A stretch of 50,244 nt of DNA, taken from positions 1 to 50,244 of IMG/VR virus record IMGVR_UViG_3300032212_000015, one strand, 5' to 3'. Shown in pieces: positions 27,013 through 34,500 of this stretch. Source of the stretch: a virus (taxonomy: Duplodnaviria > Caudoviricetes). A program made the position numbers and the translations under genes. Below the pieces are notes generated by a model, which was given only the letters and a program-made list of their open reading frames with translations, had not been told where the DNA came from and did no database searches. Each line of letters begins with the position of its first letter. Position 1 is the first letter of the stretch.

Positions 27013-27234
27013 ATGGCAAAAGAACTGAAATACCTAACAGATACTGAGGTTATTTGCAGGCAGGGAATGAAAATAGAATCCCTTGAAGAAAGATTATTAT
27101 TGTTAGAACGGGCTATAGAAGACGCTAAAATGTATATTTATTGTATCGGAGGCCCATTAAATGATAACAAGTTAAATTATTCAAAAAATCAGTTAACCAC
27201 ATTTGCCAATATTGCTAATTGCTTAGATATTTAG
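27013..27234 (+). CDS. hypothetical protein
   Basis: AGGGG RBS. Confidence 0.7.
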   Translation: MAKELKYLTDTEVICRQGMKIESLEERLLLLERAIEDAKMYIYCIGGPLNDNKLNYSKNQLTTFANIANCLDI

Positions 27235-27251
27235 GCCAAAAGGGGTAAGAA

Positions 27252-27761
27252 GTGAATAAACTACAACGATTAGAATGTATTAAGTCCGGCATTGAAACAT
27301 TGTATGAAGAAGCTAAGGTTTTAATTCCTGAGATAGAGGCAGAGCAGGAAACGCTAGAGGATGTTTTGTGGAAGCCTGAGATTGATGACAACTATTACTA
27401 TGCAGATGTAGATGAAGATGAATTTGTTAATATATCAACATGGGAGAGTGATTGTATTGATTTAGTTCGATTAAAAAATGGCTTGGTTTTCAAAACAAAA
27501 GAAGCTGCTGAGAAACACGCCAAACGATTAAAAGTCTTCAACCTAATGTGGCAACTAGCGGATCAGCTTAATGACGGTTGGATGCCTGTATATAATGACT
27601 TGGATCAAGATAAGTATATTATTGAAGTTGAATATGGAAAAGTGGCAACAACGATTCTCAGTAATATTCGCCATGCACAACCGCCCTTTAAAACTAAAGA
27701 ACTAGCAGAACGCGCAAGAAAGTTAATCGGTGATGAAGCAATAGCTGAGGCGTTTAGATGA
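27252..27761 (+). CDS. hypothetical protein
   Basis: WKP...YYY and two FKTKExAE repeats. Confidence 0.75.
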   Translation: MNKLQRLECIKSGIETLYEEAKVLIPEIEAEQETLEDVLWKPEIDDNYYYADVDEDEFVNISTWESDCIDLVRLKNGLVFKTKEAAEKHAKRLKVFNLMWQLADQLNDGWMPVYNDLDQDKYIIEVEYGKVATTILSNIRHAQPPFKTKELAERARKLIGDEAIAEAFR

Positions 27762-27964
27762 GCGAGTTATTCTTAACAGATGAAGAGCTGAAACAATTAA
27801 CCGGCTATTCAATTAAATCGAAACATATTGAATATTTACGCGCCCACGGCCTGCCCTTCTTTATTTCTGCCTCTGGCCATCCAAGAGTTGCAAGGGTTCA
27901 TATCGAGGGTAATATTGTAAACGAAAAAAGAAAACCAAATTTTCAAGGATTGAGTCGTGCGTAA
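27758..27964 (+). CDS. xis: excisionase-like protein (DUF4224-like)
   Basis: FLTDEELKQLTGY...L...G.PF....GHPRV; overlaps the integrase start. Confidence 0.8.
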   Translation: MSELFLTDEELKQLTGYSIKSKHIEYLRAHGLPFFISASGHPRVARVHIEGNIVNEKRKPNFQGLSRA

Positions 27965-28916
27965 AAGAACTGATTTACCGAAAAGGGTTTATTTTAAAAA
28001 TGGCAGTTACTTTTTTGTAACGAAAGAAGGCAAATGGATAAATCTGGGTAAATCATATATAGACGCATTAGTCGAGTATGCAAAAATAAACAACGACAAT
28101 ACGCCGGTTTTTACAATGAACCAGTTATTTGATAAGTACTTAGTAGAAATTATTCCCACTAAAGCAAAGAACACCCAGAAAGACAATATATCTAGCCTTA
28201 AATTCTTACGCATAGCCTTTGGGCACATGCTACCAGACGAGATCACCCCTCAAGATATTTACGCTTATATGGACGCTAGGAAAGCGCCTGTGAGGGCTAA
28301 TAGGGATAAAGCTTTATTAAGTCATGTTTTCAAGAAGGCCATTCGATGGGGCGTTACTACAATTAATCCTTGTCGCGATGTAGAAAGCAACAAAGAAACG
28401 CCTAGAGATAGACTAGTTACCCCTGAAGAGTTTTGGCTAGTTCATGATATCTGTGAAAATAAAATGATACGCGTAGCTATGAAGCTCGCTGCTATAACAG
28501 GATTAAGACAGAATAAAATTCTATCGCTTCAAGTAAAACATTTAAAAGAAGACTGCATAGAAATTGATAGCGGTAAGCGTGGGTTAAAATTATCGATCAA
28601 AAGAACAACCGAACTAAACGAAGTATTAAAAGAAGCATCAAGCATTCACAGAGTTTCAAGTTTATACATTATTCATAAAAAAGATGGTCAACCCTACTCG
28701 ACAAGTGGATTTAAAGCAATCTGGAAACGATGGAGAGACAAAGCGCTTGAAAATGGGCTTACTGAGTCTTTCACTTTTCACGACTTAAGAGCTATGGCGG
28801 GAAGTAGTACCGATGATTTTGACTTATTAGGTCATAAGGATAAATCAACTTTTCATCGGGTTTATAGAAGGGCACCGGTTCCGGTTGAGCCTGTTAAGCT
28901 GGTCGGCAAAAAATAA
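27957..28916 (+). CDS. int: tyrosine integrase
   Basis: Catalytic set intact: TGLR, FHDLR, LLGH, RVYRR. Confidence 0.95.
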   Translation: MRKRTDLPKRVYFKNGSYFFVTKEGKWINLGKSYIDALVEYAKINNDNTPVFTMNQLFDKYLVEIIPTKAKNTQKDNISSLKFLRIAFGHMLPDEITPQDIYAYMDARKAPVRANRDKALLSHVFKKAIRWGVTTINPCRDVESNKETPRDRLVTPEEFWLVHDICENKMIRVAMKLAAITGLRQNKILSLQVKHLKEDCIEIDSGKRGLKLSIKRTTELNEVLKEASSIHRVSSLYIIHKKDGQPYSTSGFKAIWKRWRDKALENGLTESFTFHDLRAMAGSSTDDFDLLGHKDKSTFHRVYRRAPVPVEPVKLVGKK

Positions 28917-28920
28917 AGTA

Positions 28921-29176
28921 TTAGACAACGAGGGGAAAATTAGACAATGTTAGTGAAGACTACCGCTAAGTGCTTGAAAAATGGGGTGGCTAAAGGGGCT
29001 CGAACCCTCGACGACCGGAATCACAATCTTAATTTGCTTTTAGAATAAAGGATATAAATTACAATTACTTATAGCATTATTTAGCTTTTAAATCGTCAAA
29101 TACTCAGTACTAGTACTGTATAAATAGAATCAAAGACTTACAGCACGTTAGATAGTAAAGTTAGACGATTGTCTAA
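28921..29176. other. attP-like site with arm-type repeats and an IHF box
   Basis: TTAGACAA at 28921 and 28940; TTAGACGA at 29161 and inverted TTGTCTAA at 29169; WATCAANNNNTTR match at 29128..29140. Confidence 0.75.
28982..29028 (-). pseudogene. 3' half of tRNA-His(GTG), serving as the att core
   Basis: The minus strand reads GATTGTGATTCCGGTCGTCGAGGGTTCGAGCCCCTTTAGCCACCCCA: anticodon loop, T arm and CCA are present; the 5' half is absent. Confidence 0.92.
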
Positions 29177-29183
29177 GGAAATA

Positions 29184-30125
29184 TTAACCCTTCCAAATTT
29201 TACCAGACCAATAAGCCGTACCGTCATTATGGACGTGCACCCGTTCAGGTCTGATTGTTTTGCCGTCGAAATGAATAATATAAAACCCACACTGCCAATC
29301 GACTAAAGCATCTGTGTAAGTAAATTGAGGTCCGTATATCCAAGCTAGCGTACCGGTTGAAATACCATAGCGAACCCCGTTATAGTCGGTTATTATCCGA
29401 TCATATAACTCATGGGTATGGCCTGATATAAACGAAATCCCACCCCAAAGGGCGTTATTCATTGCAGCGTTCTTGCCGCCTTTCCATTTGTGACTAGAAA
29501 ACAAAGTCTCGTTAATTACCCACTTTCGGGCTATGTCCCAATCAGGAAAATGATCGTCAATTGAAAATCCTGAAAGCCCTTCAAACTGCGCTACATCATT
29601 CGCTATTCGCGTATTGAATCTAGAATCGTGATTACCTTCTGACCAAATTAAGTCTGAATCTTTCGAAGCATCTTTAATTAGCCCTTTAGCGTCAATACAG
29701 CCTTTTATTTCATCAACTAAAGAAGGTCGCTCTTCAAAGCCATTTCGAGGGTGTCTTGATATTGTCGCACCGTCTAATGAATCACCCCCGTCATGAATAA
29801 CCTCTGGTTGAATATGCTCGATAATTTGCAGCATTATCCAGTAAGCCGGTGATAATGGAGCGACACTTTCAGGCCAGAAGTGCGCATCAGAAAAAAATAC
29901 ACCTGTAAACGGATGATCTAGGAAATATTCTTTGGTGCCGTGTGGCTTATAGGAGTTGTCTTTGTATAACTGAAGATCGTACTTTTTACTAAGATTAGCT
30001 TTTCGTCGGTAGTAACCTCTAATGTCTGTGTAGCCCATTTCTGAGGATATTTCGACATCAGTTAAGCCCTTGTCCGTTAGATCATAATATGTTCTAACAA
30101 ACTCTTGCTCGTCGAGTAAAGTCAT
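29184..30125 (-). CDS. calcineurin-like metallophosphoesterase with N-terminal HTH-like region
   Basis: SDAH, GGDSLD, GNHD, SH, GHTH motifs. Confidence 0.88.
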   Translation of the reverse strand: MTLLDEQEFVRTYYDLTDKGLTDVEISSEMGYTDIRGYYRRKANLSKKYDLQLYKDNSYKPHGTKEYFLDHPFTGVFFSDAHFWPESVAPLSPAYWIMLQIIEHIQPEVIHDGGDSLDGATISRHPRNGFEERPSLVDEIKGCIDAKGLIKDASKDSDLIWSEGNHDSRFNTRIANDVAQFEGLSGFSIDDHFPDWDIARKWVINETLFSSHKWKGGKNAAMNNALWGGISFISGHTHELYDRIITDYNGVRYGISTGTLAWIYGPQFTYTDALVDWQCGFYIIHFDGKTIRPERVHVHNDGTAYWSGKIWKG

Positions 30126-30319
30126 TATTCATCTTCAAAATCTTGAAAAGGGTCTGACTTTCTAGCTTGTATAGCTTTAGCGTCTGCATGGTTTATTCTG
30201 TTATCTGGCTTATCTGCTAATCTTTCTAAAAGCCTTACAATAAAATCAATCATTTTGTCGCTTGATAAAATTCTAATAAGTAGTGATACGAGTATGTTCA
30301 TAGCTTTTCCGGCCTCCAT
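30125..30319 (-). CDS. small lysis-region protein
   Basis: Amphipathic; coupled to the endolysin. The start is probably 30301. Confidence 0.55.
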   Translation of the reverse strand: MEAGKAMNILVSLLIRILSSDKMIDFIVRLLERLADKPDNRINHADAKAIQARKSDPFQDFEDE

Positions 30320-30603
30320 TGCAAATGAATATGGGTTTTTTCAACTAAAACAAAAAAATCCGTTCCTAGTCTTTCAGTTAGCTCCTTTGCTGCTTTTGCT
30401 GTTTCTACATCGTTAAAATAGCGTGTTCTAAAATCTAGCGCGTCACCTCGATAATGGGCTGAGTATTGAGAGTGAGAACCTTCTGAGCCTGATGTAATGA
30501 CTAATTCTTGACCTAACTCTTCCCAAATATCTCTTGCTATCATTGCTGCTAATATAACTTGAGGCTTAACTTGAAATAATCTAACACCATCTTTTAGTTT
30601 CAT
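30298..30603 (-). CDS. endolysin, peptidase M15-like zinc fold
   Basis: VITSG, SAHYRGDALDFR, HIH. Confidence 0.8.
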   Translation of the reverse strand: MKLKDGVRLFQVKPQVILAAMIARDIWEELGQELVITSGSEGSHSQYSAHYRGDALDFRTRYFNDVETAKAAKELTERLGTDFFVLVEKTHIHLQWRPEKL

Positions 30604-30863
30604 TCGGCTCTACCTTTTGAAGCTAACAACATCATCATTTTATCGAGTCGTTCATGAGTGCCTTTATTACCTTCGTGTATCTCGGTTCTCAATGAATTAG
30701 TAGTTGCATTGAAATCATCTTTACTGACATAGTTTTTCTCTATGTCGTCTATCCGCTTAACCTGCCTTTTACCCATCCAGCCCATAAAGCCCATTATCCC
30801 CGTGGCAACAAGACCTAATCCGATCTTAATTAATTGAAAATCGCTGCTTCCGTCCGTTTGCAT
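30600..30863 (-). CDS. putative holin
   Basis: One TM helix plus a coiled-coil; coupled to the endolysin. Confidence 0.6.
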   Translation of the reverse strand: MQTDGSSDFQLIKIGLGLVATGIMGFMGWMGKRQVKRIDDIEKNYVSKDDFNATTNSLRTEIHEGNKGTHERLDKMMMLLASKGRAE

Positions 30864-30942
30864 AACAATCCTATGAAAATTGATAGTGTTTAATTCTGTG
30901 TTTTGGGCTATAGTTGCAAATATTTAATTTTTGGAAGTTACG

Positions 30943-31284
30943 ATGAAATACATAATAATCCTAAGTCTGATGCTTATAAGCTGCGCTACTCCAAATAAAA
31001 ATGGAATATCAAAGCCTACGCTTGCGACTTCTGTTCCTTCGTATTTGGATACCTTCCCACTTAATCAAGTGAGCAAAGACGCCCTTATTCAAACGGTTGG
31101 CCTTCCAGACAAATCATCTAAGATTGACGGTAAAGTTTATCTTTCTTATGAAATGGGAACTGGCTTTGGAAAAAGGCAATGGATTTATGAAATTACAGAT
31201 AATATAGTTTCCAATGTTAGGTATCACGATTCGGGGCCATATAACGGAATGAGTGCAAAGACGAGACAGCAAGCCATGCCTTAA
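30943..31284 (+). CDS. lipoprotein moron on the opposite strand
   Basis: MKYIIILSLMLISC lipobox; SKDALIQTVGLP...WIY resembles the SmpA/BamE fold. Confidence 0.7.
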   Translation: MKYIIILSLMLISCATPNKNGISKPTLATSVPSYLDTFPLNQVSKDALIQTVGLPDKSSKIDGKVYLSYEMGTGFGKRQWIYEITDNIVSNVRYHDSGPYNGMSAKTRQQAMP

Positions 31285-31291
31285 ATCTCTC

Positions 31292-31570
31292 TCAATTAAC
31301 CCCGTTAATTTCTGCGCTTGCCGCCATCATTAAGCCACCCACCGCTACAGCCCAAAAATCGAGAAATTCTGCTTTCCCTGTTTTTGTTATTCGCTGATAA
31401 ATCTCTATACCTGCACCAATAATTATTGTTGCAGTTAATGCAATACGTGTTGAGTATTGCGGCCAGATTAATGCCACCGCTATTTGGGTTAGCAAAAAGC
31501 TCACAACCCCAATAGAAAAATGTAAAAGTTTATCTTGTGGTAATTTATCTAAAACATTAGGTTGTCTCAT
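31292..31570 (-). CDS. VanZ-like small membrane protein
   Basis: DKLLHF, GIEIYQ, D..A...GG; three TM helices. Confidence 0.65.
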   Translation of the reverse strand: MRQPNVLDKLPQDKLLHFSIGVVSFLLTQIAVALIWPQYSTRIALTATIIIGAGIEIYQRITKTGKAEFLDFWAVAVGGLMMAASAEINGVN

Positions 31571-31592
31571 AAATTATCAATTCCTTCTATAT

Positions 31593-34500
31593 TTAAATAA
31601 TATTAGTTTTCATATCACTAATATAAACGTAGGCCAGTGAGCCGCCTCCCGTTTTAGTAAGATAAACATCTCTTAAAATTGTAATGCTGTCGGATGTTGA
31701 AGGATAATTGGTTATAGTAAAGGTGTACGTTGTGCTTCCAATTTTCAATTTTATTCTATTAGGTGAGAATAAAGACGGATCATAAATTACTTCAATATTT
31801 GTGAATACAGTATTTAGATTTACCCCGCTATCAACCGTTTCAGTTGTTGAGCCATCATTGCAAAATACTTTAATATTATTTGATCCGTCAACGATAAATC
31901 CGATATTACTACTACTACCATAAGCAAAAACACACTTTAATTGACAATTAGCCGTCCATCCAGCTAGTCTTACCCTAAATTTACTTCTGACTTCATTAGC
32001 AAACGTCTTGCTTTCCCCGTGAAGGTATTCACCAAATGACGCCTCACTATTCACCGTCCCACTGTCACCCGCTGCTAATCTTATTCCTGTGCCTGATAAG
32101 ACATCTATATAGGATAAACTTCCCGCCGTATATTCTGAAAACCCATCTGTACTCCTGCAATGATTATGATCATATAAAGTGTTATTATTGAAAGCATCAG
32201 CCCCCAACAATTGAACATCATTTCCTAAGCTAAAATTAGTGCCGTCAAATTGCATGTACTTGTTGCCACCATCGCCGACATACATGCGGGGAGTGCCTGA
32301 ATTATATTGTATTTGTACTCCTGATGCTTGCCATGTTGCGCTATTTATCCATATAGAAGGTAATACGCCGGTTTGCCCTAAATCAATTGCGCCCTTACCT
32401 GTATTAGTGATGCTTCCTGTAGTGGTTGTAAGGCCGTTGTCTATTTCTGTTTGCGTGTTATCTGCTGTTATATCCAATCTTCGCATAGTCACTGCGTCAA
32501 AGTATGCACCGCTACTTGCTGAAGAATTTGTATATAATTTTAATACCGCGTATCTTGCATTCGCTGGTGCCGTGGCGTTGCCTGATAAGTAAGTGAATGT
32601 TGCTACACCAATCGAGCTTAATGAGCTTTCGGACAAATAGGTTTTTACGCCATTATACCATTCAATATATAAAAACCCCGCGCCTATTGAATGGTGACGA
32701 ATCCAAGCGCCGACGTGAATTTTATCACCTTCCTCAACTGGGACATAAATAACTGTTCCCGCTGCGTCTTGATTCCTAACCGTTGTCGATGCTGTTGAAA
32801 TATAAAGCGAATATGACCCATATTTTGCCGTAGCACTTTTGCTGCCGCCACTCCAATAGGTTACGTCTGATCGCTCCATATCTCCATCTATTACTAAATC
32901 TTCCGACCACGTTTCACCAATATGCGCGCCTGTTACATCTGCGTTATCATCAGCCTTATTAGCCCCGCCTATCTCATCCCAATCACTAGTGGATTCGATA
33001 GTTATAGCGTCAACCTGCATGGTGCCGTCACCATGATTATGGTTAACTATAACCATTGGGCGAAAATATCTTACATCAGCATGTAAGCCTGAAGGGTTTT
33101 GTGGATCGCTTGCGTTGCCAATGTATGTGCCAATACCTTTATAATATCCTGTGAATGTTTGCCACTGACTTAATGTATAACCACCCATGTCTACAGCATG
33201 AGCCGCAATAAAAAACTGATTGCCTGTAGTATTTAAGCCATTTTGATCAACTCGAGTGGTTCCATCAATTGCAATACCATTAACCCCACAATAAAATAAA
33301 TCCTTCGCGGAGTCTGTCGGGGCAGCGGTCATTCTTACTTTTACTTGGATTTTATATAACCTGTCTGGGTCAAAAGGAATATTCACAGGGAACTCTAACC
33401 AACGTTGGCCACCGGCCACTTGATATACTAACCCACCCATATTGGCGTCTGCTGGATAACTTTCTGTGCCACTACCGCTTAAATCTGTCCAGTTATGCGG
33501 CTGTTCAAACTCCTCTATGAATGCACTATGCATTATTGATGGTCGAATATCATTTATTCGAGTGCCGTCATCGAGAGACACAGCATCAGCATGTAAAATA
33601 TTAAAACCAACATTATCAAAATAGACTGTACAGTTTGAATGACCATTAGGCATTGCTGAGTGTGATCCAATTACATTTATCCTAATCCCCCATATTTGCT
33701 CACCTGGATTTACTCTTGCAATAAATGGTTGGGTGTGCCATGCACCTGTTGAAATATTATCAATTTCTATATATGTTCGCCTATAAGTAGTTGCGCCATA
33801 ATAAAGATCAAAGAACAATCCAGGTCTACCACTGCCAGTAATAGCATCCAAATAATAGGAAAATGAACCTACAATAAACCCGCCTACAGGTAATGGGGCA
33901 GTACTAAAAGCTTGGCTCTTTGAATCATGCAAAAAACCATAATTGCTCACTCCATTTGTTGTATATTTTGCAGAATAATTACCTGTATTAACAATTATTA
34001 ATTCTTTTGTAGGTACATTGCTATATGCACTCCACCCATCAGGGTAGGTGCCAGCCCACGCGCTAAAACTAGGATTAAATCCTAATGCGGTTGAATCGTC
34101 TGTATTGTATATCTGCCCTTCTGGGATATTTGCTAAATCTGCCCAATCTGGATCATCAGCTGTAATCGGAGTTCCAGTTGCAGCAACATAACTTCCTGGT
34201 AATCTTGATGTATCAACAGCACGCACCCAATAATAAAGAGCACCATCTGCACTCGTTACTGATGAATCTGTAAATCCAAATTGTTTACTTGGCAAAGCAT
34301 TTACCGTGTCTATTCTTGATGCTGACCCAGTATCATTTGTAGTATTCCTCCATATTTCTACACCTGCTAAATCTGTATCACTAGGCGCAGTTCCATCAAT
34401 AATAATTCCATCAACAATAGCAGTAGCAGTTACACTTGTTGGATTTCCTGGTGCCGCGGTTTTGCCGGTGACGGTTTCTGTTGTGTTTATTGATGTTGAC

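Noticed and set aside
26339-27250. CRISPR array or integron attC sites
   Set aside because: Only pairs of 12-19-bp non-palindromic repeats, spaced by whole genes and containing RBS/start codons; no cas or intI.
28982-29028. Functional tRNA-His gene
   Set aside because: The 5' acceptor strand and D arm are missing; this is an att core.
29114-29135. LexA (SOS) box near att
   Set aside because: Only the left half-site TACTGTATA is present; there is no ACAG at the required spacing.
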